From an uncultured Campylobacterales bacterium (GTDB lineage Bacteria > Campylobacterota > Campylobacteria > Campylobacterales > QNZT01), in contig CAYUEN010000005.1 of assembly GCA_964443745.1 (NCBI GenBank), forward strand, positions 606 to 64,605: 64,000 nt of DNA, given 5' to 3'. The translations under genes and the position numbers were made by a program. Below the pieces are notes generated by a model. It saw nothing but the letters and a program-made list of their open reading frames with translations, had not been told where the DNA came from and did not search any database. Within the stretch, counting starts at the first letter, position 1, and the number at the start of each line of letters is the position of its first letter. Positions 1 to 8,373 of this stretch are shown here, piece after piece.

Positions 1-147
1 GTGGACGGGATGACCGCCACCTTCGCCCACATTCCGCATGATTTGCTGGAGCGTATCAGTACACGTATCATCAACGAAGTGGAGGGTATCAACCGTGTCG
101 TCTACGATATCACCAGCAAACCGCCGGGAACGATCGAGTGGGAGTGA
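1..147 (+). CDS. guaA: GMP synthase (glutamine-hydrolysing), last 48 codons; 5' end lies outside the window
   Basis: Frame 1 reads [48 protein letters not shown]. The NRVVYD..SKPP.TIEWE terminus is the characteristic GuaA C-terminus. It is absent from the ORF track because no start codon lies in the window. Confidence 0.85.
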   Translation: MDGMTATFAHIPHDLLERISTRIINEVEGINRVVYDITSKPPGTIEWE

Positions 148-150
148 TCC

Positions 151-1176
151 TCAAAGAGGAGTGATGCTCTCCAGTTTCACCTCGGGCGAGAGATACCCGG
201 GTTTGACGGGTTCATTCTTGTATAGATCGGTGCTTTTGTACTTCTTTTCGTCATCGGTAAAAACCGTGACGACGATCGCCTCTTCGCCTATCTCCAGCAG
301 TGTCTTCAATGCGCCGATAAAATTGGCTCCGGAGGATATGCCTACGCCGTAGGAGAGTTCGTCTCTGAATTTTTGGGCCATGATGATCGCGTCGCCGTCA
401 TCCACGCAGATCACGTCGTCCAGCGCTTCCAGATCGAGAATGGGAGGAATGAATTCGTCGCTGATGCCTTCGATTCTGTGAGAGCCGCATTTGTAGCCGG
501 TCGAGAGGGTGGGGGAGCTGGCGGGTTCGAGCGGATGGAGTCTGATGGAGGGATTGATCGTTTTGAGATATTTTCCCGTCCCCATGATGACTCCTCCCGT
601 ACCCACGCCCGCGATGAAGGCGTCGGCCGTGAGTCCTTTTTTGGCCAGTTGGGAGGCGATTTCGGGTCCGGTCGTGGTGAAGTGGGCTTTGATGTTGTCG
701 GGATTGGAAAACTGGTTGGCCAAAAAGGAGCCCGGCAAGGATTCATGCAGCGCTTTGGCCTTTTGGATCGATCCTAGAAATCCCCCCTCTTCACGGCTGA
801 CCAGTATGATCTCCGCTCCGAATTGGCGCATCAGATCGACCCTCTCCTTGGAGAGCCAGTCGGGCATGAAGATCGTCACTTTGTGTCCCATCGCTTTTCC
901 GATGGCAGCAAGAGCGATACCCGTGTTGCCGCTGGTCGCTTCGATCAGATGCGAATCGGGAGAGAGCTCGCCTCTAAGATACGCCTCTTTCAGTATGTTG
1001 GCCACCATACGGTCTTTGACGCTACCGGAGAAGTTGGAGTGCTCCGTTTTCGCAAAGATGCGCATAGGCTTGGAACGATAGAGAAAAGAGATCTCAAGAA
1101 GTGGTGTATGCCCGATTTTTTCCATAATCGAATTAAGACGTTGAAGATAGGGATCATGTGGATGGTGTACTGACAT
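151..1176 (-). CDS. PLP-dependent cysteine synthase / O-acetylserine sulfhydrylase family (CysK/CysM-like)
   Basis: ORF 151..1293. Motifs SGSVKDR (PLP lysine), EATSGNTGIALA and AGVGTGG. Start moved to ATG 1176 (MSVHHPHD...), which is preceded by AGGAGC. Confidence 0.88.
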   Translation of the reverse strand: MSVHHPHDPYLQRLNSIMEKIGHTPLLEISFLYRSKPMRIFAKTEHSNFSGSVKDRMVANILKEAYLRGELSPDSHLIEATSGNTGIALAAIGKAMGHKVTIFMPDWLSKERVDLMRQFGAEIILVSREEGGFLGSIQKAKALHESLPGSFLANQFSNPDNIKAHFTTTGPEIASQLAKKGLTADAFIAGVGTGGVIMGTGKYLKTINPSIRLHPLEPASSPTLSTGYKCGSHRIEGISDEFIPPILDLEALDDVICVDDGDAIIMAQKFRDELSYGVGISSGANFIGALKTLLEIGEEAIVVTVFTDDEKKYKSTDLYKNEPVKPGYLSPEVKLESITPL

Positions 1177-1297
1177 AATCGCTCCTGCTAAAAGGTTTCG
1201 TGCTGATATTAGTATATGATAGAGATCGACTTTCTGAAAGATTTTTTTACCATTTCTATTAATTTTTTTCCTTGGTGTGGAGTTCAGTATCATTTTC

Positions 1298-1303
1298 TAT
1301 AAT
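1298..1303 (+). promoter_or_regulatory. candidate -10 box (TATAAT) 6 nt upstream of the hemD ATG; possible leaderless transcript
   Basis: TATAAT at 1298-1303, hemD ATG at 1310, and no Shine-Dalgarno between them. Confidence 0.3.
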
Positions 1304-1309
1304 CACTTC

Positions 1310-1957
1310 ATGGATGAAATCTATATTTTGAGTGAAAAGTGTTATGAAGGGGCGCATAACCTGCCTGTCATTCTCATACACCCAATCGACAGGACGTGCA
1401 AGTTACAAGATTACGACGCATTGATTTTCAGCTCCAAAAACGGCGTCAAAGCGATTGATCGGATCAATACCGAATGGAGAGAGATTCCCGCTTACTCCAT
1501 CGGAAGTGGAACGTCCGAAGAGATCCGAAGATTGGGAGGTCGTGTCGTATACGAAGCGAAAAGTTCCTACGGTGACGATTTCGCCGATGAGATCAAGAGC
1601 AGGCTGAAAGGTAAAAAAGTGCTCTTTTTGCGTGCGAAAGTGGTGACTTCGTCGTTGAATGAAATCGTACGTAGCAGTGGCGTATTGTTGGATGAGTGTA
1701 TCGTCTACGAGACACGTTGCAACGACTGCGAAAGACTCGCTCCACCACCTGAAGGTGCGACGATCATCTTCTCCTCTCCTTCGACGATCACCTGTTTTTT
1801 CCGCTGTTTCGAATGGAAAGAGAGTTATACCGCTGTCGTCATCGGTACCCGCACCGCCACCGCGATGCCTTTGTATGTTCCCTACCATCTCTCTCCCCGT
1901 CCCACGATTCCGGCCTGCATAGAATTTGCAAAGAGGTTAAGCGAAAAAGAGTTATAA
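1310..1957 (+). CDS. hemD: uroporphyrinogen-III synthase
   Basis: ORF 1277..1957. Two-lobe HEM4-like pattern (ALIFSSKNGVKA ... TIIFSSPSTI). N-terminus MDEIYILSEK..NLPVI fits the family, and the length of about 215 aa is typical. Confidence 0.75.
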   Translation: MDEIYILSEKCYEGAHNLPVILIHPIDRTCKLQDYDALIFSSKNGVKAIDRINTEWREIPAYSIGSGTSEEIRRLGGRVVYEAKSSYGDDFADEIKSRLKGKKVLFLRAKVVTSSLNEIVRSSGVLLDECIVYETRCNDCERLAPPPEGATIIFSSPSTITCFFRCFEWKESYTAVVIGTRTATAMPLYVPYHLSPRPTIPACIEFAKRLSEKEL

Positions 1958-2199
1958 TATTTTTATGCCTGAGCGGAGCGCCACCTAGACACGAGGGTCC
2001 AACACTATGCTTGTAGTTGGAATTGTACATCTCCGGTGTGTCGGTGGTCTCGTTCGAGCTTTTGTGAAAAAGCGAGAGATTGCCGCCTAAAGGGGAGTCG
2101 ATTCCTGATAATTTGGTTCATTAGGGCCACATCATTAACGGAACGCCCGCTTGGGTTCTTCTATTACGACAACAATAACAATCAACTGGAGCGGATTCG
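1958..2199 (+). promoter_or_regulatory. long structured 5' leader of purD; candidate epsilonproteobacterial purD RNA motif
   Basis: 242 nt with no ORF. Nested helices: 1981-1992 (CCACC ta GACAC) pairs with 2038-2047 (GTGTC GGTGG), and 1998-2003 (TCCAAC) pairs with 2016-2021 (GTTGGA). A further hairpin is 2058-2063 with 2068-2073 (GCTTTT/AAAAGC). The position upstream of purD matches a described motif class. Confidence 0.4.
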
Positions 2200-3474
2200 A
2201 TGAAGGTGATGATCATAGGAAGCGGCGGCAGGGAGTATTCTATCGGGCGTGCGCTCAAACTGGAAGGTAGTTGCGAGAAACTCTATTTCGCTCCGGGAAA
2301 CGGCGCGACCGACGAGTTGGGCGAAAACCTTTCGCTTTCAGATTTTTCCGAACTTGCGGATTTTGCCGATAAAAACGGTATCGATCTGACGATCGTCGGA
2401 CCCGAAGCGCCGCTCGTTGAAGGTATCGTCGACGTTTTCAAATCAAGAAATCTCACGATTTTCGGCCCCTCGAAGGCGGCCAGCCGTCTGGAAGGCTCCA
2501 AAATCTTCATGAAAAACTTTCTGAAAAAGTACGACATTCCCACTGCCGCCTACATAGAGACCGACTCCATCGAAGATGCCGCCGCTTTCATCCAAAAACA
2601 GACTCTTCCCGTCGTCGTAAAGGCCGACGGACTCTGTGCCGGCAAAGGGGTGATCATCGCGCACTCGCATCAGGAAGCCAAAGAGGCGGCATCAAAGATG
2701 CTCAGCGGCGAACGTTTCGGAGATGCGGGCAAGAGAATCGTCGTCGAAGAGTATCTGGAGGGTTACGAACTTTCGCTTTTTGCGATCTGTGACGGCAAAG
2801 ACTACAGACTGCTCCCCGCGGCGCAAGATCACAAACGCCTCAAAGATGGAGATCAAGGCCCCAATACGGGGGGAATGGGAGCTTACGCGCCGACACCTCT
2901 GATCGACGACGCGCTTTATCGAAAAATCAAAGAGAGGATCGTCGAGCCGACCCTTTCGGGAATGCGCGAGGAGGGTACGCCATTTGAAGGGGTCCTTTTC
3001 ATCGGATTGATGATCGTCGATGGCGAGCCCAAAGTGTTGGAATACAACGTCAGATTCGGCGATCCGGAGTGTGAAGTGCTGATGCCGCTGATTAAAAGCG
3101 GCGTTCGCGATCTTTTTTACAAGGCAGCCACCAACGATCTTGAAAACCTTCGAATCCAGATCGCCGATCAGTATGCGGTCGGCGTGGTGATGGCGAGCCA
3201 GAACTATCCGTACAAGAGTTCGACACCCGCAGAGATCATCATCGACGAGATCGTACATGAAGATCTCGCCCGTCATACCCACATCTCTTTTGCGGGAGTG
3301 AGCCGGATCGATGGCAAACTCTACGCCACGGGGGGACGGGTGCTGGTCTGCGTGGGAGTCGGAGATACGATCAAAGAGGCGAGAGACTACGCCTATATGC
3401 TCTGCGGCCAGATCCATTTTTCGGGCAAGCAGTATCGCACGGACATCGCCTATCAGGCGCTGCAGAATGTCTGA
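2200..3474 (+). CDS. purD: phosphoribosylamine--glycine ligase
   Basis: 424 aa. [22 protein letters not shown]-grasp core [14 protein letters not shown], and NVRFGDPE. Confidence 0.95.
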   Translation: MKVMIIGSGGREYSIGRALKLEGSCEKLYFAPGNGATDELGENLSLSDFSELADFADKNGIDLTIVGPEAPLVEGIVDVFKSRNLTIFGPSKAASRLEGSKIFMKNFLKKYDIPTAAYIETDSIEDAAAFIQKQTLPVVVKADGLCAGKGVIIAHSHQEAKEAASKMLSGERFGDAGKRIVVEEYLEGYELSLFAICDGKDYRLLPAAQDHKRLKDGDQGPNTGGMGAYAPTPLIDDALYRKIKERIVEPTLSGMREEGTPFEGVLFIGLMIVDGEPKVLEYNVRFGDPECEVLMPLIKSGVRDLFYKAATNDLENLRIQIADQYAVGVVMASQNYPYKSSTPAEIIIDEIVHEDLARHTHISFAGVSRIDGKLYATGGRVLVCVGVGDTIKEARDYAYMLCGQIHFSGKQYRTDIAYQALQNV

Positions 3475-3916
3475 TTCTCTATATCGCAGATTGGAGAGAG
3501 AGGGGTATACGCTCGCCTCCATTCAGGCCAGAGGGTTTGCCTATATGATCGACGAATTGCTGATTTCCCTCCTTTTCGCGATCATTTTCTGGGAAAAATT
3601 CTCCGTTCAAAACTCCCCGGAAGCGATGATCTATCTTTCCCAATCGCTTTTCTTTTATGTATTGGTCGTCAAGACGCTCTATCAGACACTCTTCGTCTGG
3701 CTATATGGAGCGACATTGGGAAAAATGGCGATGAAAATCAGGGTGGTGGAGAGTGGCTATTTCGACAATCCGACTCTTCTGCAGGCGCTCAACAGAGCGG
3801 TAGTCAGAAATATCAGCGAGATGCTCTTCTATCTTGGATTTCTCTGGGCTTTTTTCGATCCTCTCAGGCAAGCTTGGCATGATAAAAGTGCGAAAACTCT
3901 GGTTGTCGATGGCTAA
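3467..3916 (+). CDS. RDD-family membrane protein
   Basis: Internal ATG 3467 overlaps the purD stop. Contains [17 protein letters not shown], three hydrophobic helices, and the family-typical ending [12 protein letters not shown]. Confidence 0.72.
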   Translation: MSDSLYRRLEREGYTLASIQARGFAYMIDELLISLLFAIIFWEKFSVQNSPEAMIYLSQSLFFYVLVVKTLYQTLFVWLYGATLGKMAMKIRVVESGYFDNPTLLQALNRAVVRNISEMLFYLGFLWAFFDPLRQAWHDKSAKTLVVDG

Positions 3917-5990
3917 AAACTCCTTTTTTTTGTTGCTGTTTTTGCCGATAGCGCTTTTTGCGCAGAAATTGGCGGACAACTACGAACTCTTCGCATCCAA
4001 GATCGTCCAGAATGAAAAACGTATCGAAGCAATCGGAGATGTGGTCATCTACAATGCCAAAAACTACTTCGGGGCCCGACGAGCGGTCTATGATATCGAG
4101 CGCAAAACGGTCGAACTTTTCGGAGATGTGGTCTATGTACGTGACAATCGGGAGTTTAGCAGAGCGCAATATCTGAAGATCGATCTGAAGAAGAAACGCT
4201 ATTTTCTCAAATCTCCCTTTCTCTTCGATCTCTCCTCGCGAATCTGGCTCCATAGCCGAAGTTTTCGCTCCTACGATGAGAAGATCAAACTCTCCAAAAC
4301 GACTCTTTCGAGTTGCGATGTAGCCGATCCGGATTGGCGAATCGGATTTTCACAAGGATACTACTACAAAAAGAGCGAATTCGTCTCCCTCTACAACCCC
4401 ACGTTTTATATCGGAGAGGTACCGATTCTCTATCTGCCTTGGTTCGGTTTCCCCACGACGAAAAAGAGGAAATCGGGATTGTTGCGTCCTGTCATAGGAT
4501 TCGAAAACAGTGAAAACATCTTTTTCCAACAACCGATCTTCTATGCGCCCGCACCCGATTGGGATCTGCAGTTTGATCCCCAGATACGTTTCGATCGAGG
4601 TACAGGAATCTACACGACACTCCGTTTTGTCGACACGGATCATTCCAAAGGGCATTTTAGAGTGGGTGGTTTTTGGGAGAAGGGGGCTTATGCACGCTCC
4701 CATAAACTCAACAACCGTACCCACAGCGGCGCCGAACTCTACTACAGACGAAACGGTTTGCTCGAAGATTGGCTCAAGCGGGGCGATTTCAGCGACGGGT
4801 TGCTCGTCGATATTACGCAGCTGAGCGATATAGACTATCTCAATCTTAAATACTACAACAACTTTTCATTGAACAAACTCGTCACTTCAAAAGTCAACTA
4901 TTTCGTCAACAGAGAGAACGACTACCTGGGAGTCTATGCCAAATACTTCATCGATACGGAAAAACTCAACAACGACGATACGATGCAAACGCTCCCTTCG
5001 ATCCAATATCACCGTTTCGTCAAAGATCTCCCTTTTGAAAACCTCTCCTACTCGCTCGACTACAAATACAAAAACAATTATAGAAAAGAGGGATTGCAGG
5101 CATCACAGCATGAAATCGCCATTCCACTTTCGCTGCGTTTCGACTTTTTGGATGACTATGTCAGTTTTTTTGTGACGGAAAATCTCTACTACTCATTCGT
5201 TCGCTACAAAGATACCAACGAAACGATCGAAAATGCGAACCATTTGAGCAACTACCATGTTTTCAAACTCAATTCCGATTTGATCAAGAAGTATCCAGAC
5301 AGCGTGCACAATATGCAGATTGAATTAAGCTACATCGTTCCCAGTTTCGATCACAAAAAGGGGTATTTTGCCGACTTTATCCCTTTCAATTATGAACGTA
5401 AAAGCCTCAGATTCGTTTTCAACGAATACTTCTATACGCTGGATGGGTTCGATTTTCTCACCCACAGACTCAAACAGAATCTCTATCTCGATCATGAAAA
5501 AAACGAATGGGACGATTTGCAAAACGAACTGATCTATCGGTTTCGTGACGACTTTTGGATTCAAAACACCCTTTTTTACGCACATCATAAGCATAAAATC
5601 AGTAAATTACAGACAACGCTCCATTATGAGAATGATAAATATAGAGTACACATGAACCACACCTATCAGAGTGAAGCGTTCGGAAGTGAGTCGAACTTTC
5701 TCACCGCCGATCTGTATGCGAAACTGAGTAGTCACTATACCCTCTATGGAGGGATGGATTACGATTTCAAGAATCGTTTTACGAAGGAGTGGAGAGTGGG
5801 ATGGGATATGAACAAACGTTGTTGGAACTACACACTTCGTTATAAAGAGAGTATCACCCCCTCTTTGACGAGTGCGGGAGCAGAGTCGACGACGCGTAGG
5901 GGAGTCTATCTGATTCTCAGACTCTATCCGATCGGTGGTGTCAGTTACAGCTATGTAAACGAGTCGATACAAGAGCAAGGAGTATTATGA
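3909..5990 (+). CDS. lptD: LPS-assembly outer membrane protein LptD (OstA family)
   Basis: Signal peptide [18 protein letters not shown]. OstA-like N-domain (IEAIGDVVIYNAKNYFGARRAVYDIERKTVELFGDVVYV) followed by a roughly 600-aa aromatic-rich beta-barrel. ATG 3909 overlaps the RDD stop (ATGGCTAA); ATG 3879 is an alternative start. Confidence 0.82.
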   Translation: MAKNSFFLLLFLPIALFAQKLADNYELFASKIVQNEKRIEAIGDVVIYNAKNYFGARRAVYDIERKTVELFGDVVYVRDNREFSRAQYLKIDLKKKRYFLKSPFLFDLSSRIWLHSRSFRSYDEKIKLSKTTLSSCDVADPDWRIGFSQGYYYKKSEFVSLYNPTFYIGEVPILYLPWFGFPTTKKRKSGLLRPVIGFENSENIFFQQPIFYAPAPDWDLQFDPQIRFDRGTGIYTTLRFVDTDHSKGHFRVGGFWEKGAYARSHKLNNRTHSGAELYYRRNGLLEDWLKRGDFSDGLLVDITQLSDIDYLNLKYYNNFSLNKLVTSKVNYFVNRENDYLGVYAKYFIDTEKLNNDDTMQTLPSIQYHRFVKDLPFENLSYSLDYKYKNNYRKEGLQASQHEIAIPLSLRFDFLDDYVSFFVTENLYYSFVRYKDTNETIENANHLSNYHVFKLNSDLIKKYPDSVHNMQIELSYIVPSFDHKKGYFADFIPFNYERKSLRFVFNEYFYTLDGFDFLTHRLKQNLYLDHEKNEWDDLQNELIYRFRDDFWIQNTLFYAHHKHKISKLQTTLHYENDKYRVHMNHTYQSEAFGSESNFLTADLYAKLSSHYTLYGGMDYDFKNRFTKEWRVGWDMNKRCWNYTLRYKESITPSLTSAGAESTTRRGVYLILRLYPIGGVSYSYVNESIQEQGVL

Positions 5991-7423
5991 AAACGGAAGC
6001 GAAAGTAGGTATCTTTGTATTTCTGGGTATCCTCTTCCTCTTTTTTCTGACGACGCAGGTAGGGAGTTTTCAACACCTCTCCCACAAAGGATATCCACTT
6101 TTTACCTATCTTGACGATGCGGGTGGGTTGGAGAAGAACGCCAAAGTGAAAGCCAACGGCATCGATGTCGGCTATGTGGACGATATGCAGATCGACCATG
6201 ATCGCATCAAGGTAAAACTCTTCATCTACGACAATGTGAAAATTCCGGCCGATTCGAAATTGATTCCCAAGCAGGAGTCGATGCTCGGTGGAAAATACGT
6301 CGGTATCATACTCGGAAGCAGTGAACGTACGCTCAAGCCGGGAGAGACGATAGAAGGCGCCAGACCTCTGGCCGGTATCAACGAGGCGAGCGATTCGATC
6401 GCTCAGGCCGCCACGGAGTTTACCGGTTTTGTCAAGGAGTTTCGTCAGATGATGAATCAGGATGCCAGAACCAACCTGCAGAACACTTTCGCGAATCTGG
6501 AGGAGATCACTTCGGAACTCAAAGCGTTTATCAAACTACAGAGGTTGAACGAAGTGACCGACCATTTCGATCAAATGGCGCAAAATCTCTCCCTGACGGG
6601 ACAGAAATTCGGTCAAACGGCGGACGTAATCAACAAAAGACTTCCTCAGATCATGGCCAACATCGATCGTCTTGTCGAAGATCTGAAGGTGATGAGTGAA
6701 AAGATGCGGAGCGACTTCCCGCGTCTGGCCGACAAGTTCAACGCGATCGGAGACGATCTGGAGACGATGATCAAAGAGAACAAAAAACCGCTCAACGCCA
6801 CACTCAACTACGCGAGCGACTTTTTCGCGACGGGAAGCGATTCGTTCAAAAAGTTCGACAACCTTCTGGGTGCGATCGACAAGGTCAAACTGGAAGTGGC
6901 GATGCACAACGAGTGGATGAGCAGCGACGGCTACAACAAAGGGTATCTGGATCTCAACTATATGCCAAGTGACAGCAAACAGTACAAATTTTCGATCGCC
7001 GGAATGGACGACTACAGTCGTCTGGATGAGAACGGCCGGTTGATCCCGCCGAAAAAACACGAAAAAAGCCAGATTCTCTTTTCCGCACAGATCGCGAAAC
7101 GGTTCGACGATATCGGACTGCGTGCGGGTATCATCGAAAATACGGCAGGATTGGGAATGGACTATTACCTGCTCAGCGATGCGCTCAGATTGAAAGCGGA
7201 GATATACGATTTCAATGCCGAATACGATGTTCGCGGCAAGCATCCGCACGCCAAAATGGGTGCGAGATACAGCTTTCTGAAACATCTGGATATTTTCGCC
7301 GGTTATGACAACTTTCTCAATACCGATGCGGACAACGCCTATATCGGTATGGGTATTCACTTTTTCGATGACGATCTGAAAACGCTCATTATGTCGCAGG
7401 GTGTGGGTTCTCTTGCAAAATAA
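5987..7423 (+). CDS. MCE/MlaD-domain protein with a long helical region and a beta-rich C-terminal module
   Basis: N-terminal TM (VGIFVFLGILFLFFLTT). MCE domain (AKVKANGIDVGYVDDMQI ... KQESMLGGKYVGI). The ATGA overlaps the lptD stop. Confidence 0.75.
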   Translation: MKTEAKVGIFVFLGILFLFFLTTQVGSFQHLSHKGYPLFTYLDDAGGLEKNAKVKANGIDVGYVDDMQIDHDRIKVKLFIYDNVKIPADSKLIPKQESMLGGKYVGIILGSSERTLKPGETIEGARPLAGINEASDSIAQAATEFTGFVKEFRQMMNQDARTNLQNTFANLEEITSELKAFIKLQRLNEVTDHFDQMAQNLSLTGQKFGQTADVINKRLPQIMANIDRLVEDLKVMSEKMRSDFPRLADKFNAIGDDLETMIKENKKPLNATLNYASDFFATGSDSFKKFDNLLGAIDKVKLEVAMHNEWMSSDGYNKGYLDLNYMPSDSKQYKFSIAGMDDYSRLDENGRLIPPKKHEKSQILFSAQIAKRFDDIGLRAGIIENTAGLGMDYYLLSDALRLKAEIYDFNAEYDVRGKHPHAKMGARYSFLKHLDIFAGYDNFLNTDADNAYIGMGIHFFDDDLKTLIMSQGVGSLAK

Positions 7424-7445
7424 AAAGAAGATCGAACAGATCAAA

Positions 7446-7688
7446 ATGGCACTCGAACTTTTCGATCTGCCGCCACTGGTTTCGTATAACGACATCCGGC
7501 GCAGATACCATCAGCTGAGCCACAAACACCATCCGGACATTAATGAAAAAAAGAGTAAAATGCATCAGATCAACGAAGCGTACGCGATACTGAAAGAGTA
7601 CATCTTCAACTACCGGTTCACATTCAGTGACGAAGAGATACTCAGACAGCATCCAGAAAGCGAACATGCGAACAAATTCAGATTTTGA
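7446..7688 (+). CDS. small J-domain protein (about 80 aa)
   Basis: MALELFDLPPLVSYNDIRRRYHQLSHKHHPDINEKK...INEAYAILK contains the HPD tripeptide of DnaJ domains. The ORF-track start 7401 overlaps the previous gene. Confidence 0.7.
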   Translation: MALELFDLPPLVSYNDIRRRYHQLSHKHHPDINEKKSKMHQINEAYAILKEYIFNYRFTFSDEEILRQHPESEHANKFRF

Positions 7689-8373
7689 TCCCCTCTTCGA
7701 AGATCGTCAGGATGCGACATCGGCGCTGATGGAGCAGTTGCCTGTGGGATTGATGCAGCGAGAAAATTGGCTGCTGCTCGCTCTCTCGATGGGAGGAGCG
7801 GTGATGGCTATGCATTTAGCGGAGAAAATGGAGCTCGATTTCGATCTGATTCTGATGGAGCCGATATACGCACCCAACAACCAGGAGTGTGAAGTGGCCG
7901 TCGTCAGTGAGGGGAGAGAGATCGTGATGATCGATCGTCTGATCGATTCGTTCGAAATCAGTCGCGATTTCATCTATCAAGAAGGTGAGCGACGCTATAA
8001 CGACACGATTTTACAAAGACAAAATCAACTACGTGGAGGAGAGCCACTCTGCGGATTGAAAGAGCGGCATGTGCTCTTGATAGACGAAGGTTGCGAAACG
8101 GGGTTGCGTACGATGTGTGCACTCAAGTCCGTCCTGGCACGCCAGATCAGGAAAGTCTCTTTCGCGACGCCGATGATCGCCGACGACCTCTATCATGCAT
8201 TCGAATTGAAATTCGATCGAATCTTTACCGTGCATAAACTGCGGGATTTTATCAGTGTCGACTACTACTATCGTTCCCTCCCGAATGTGATGACCAGGGA
8301 GATCGTCGATCGTGTACGTAAAAGTCGATTTTTTTGTCAAAATATGAAGGAGAATCTGAAAAATGGGATGTAA
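7666..8373 (+). CDS. phosphoribosyltransferase-like protein (type I PRT fold; function unknown)
   Basis: The acidic-loop motif [14 protein letters not shown] resembles a PRPP-binding loop. About 235 aa from ATG 7666 (MRTNSDF...). Overlaps the J-domain gene end and the pnp start. Confidence 0.55.
   Translation: MRTNSDFDPLFEDRQDATSALMEQLPVGLMQRENWLLLALSMGGAVMAMHLAEKMELDFDLILMEPIYAPNNQECEVAVVSEGREIVMIDRLIDSFEISRDFIYQEGERRYNDTILQRQNQLRGGEPLCGLKERHVLLIDEGCETGLRTMCALKSVLARQIRKVSFATPMIADDLYHAFELKFDRIFTVHKLRDFISVDYYYRSLPNVMTREIVDRVRKSRFFCQNMKENLKNGM

Noticed and set aside
1958-2199. The hemD-purD gap as tmRNA, RNase P RNA, SRP RNA or a ZTP or purine riboswitch
   Set aside because: I could not find the hallmark sequences on either strand: the tRNA-like GGTTCGATTCC...CCACCA end and a tag ORF, GAGGAAAGTCC, or the GGAAGCAGCC-type SRP loop. 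I also could not match ZTP or purine-riboswitch consensus elements from memory.
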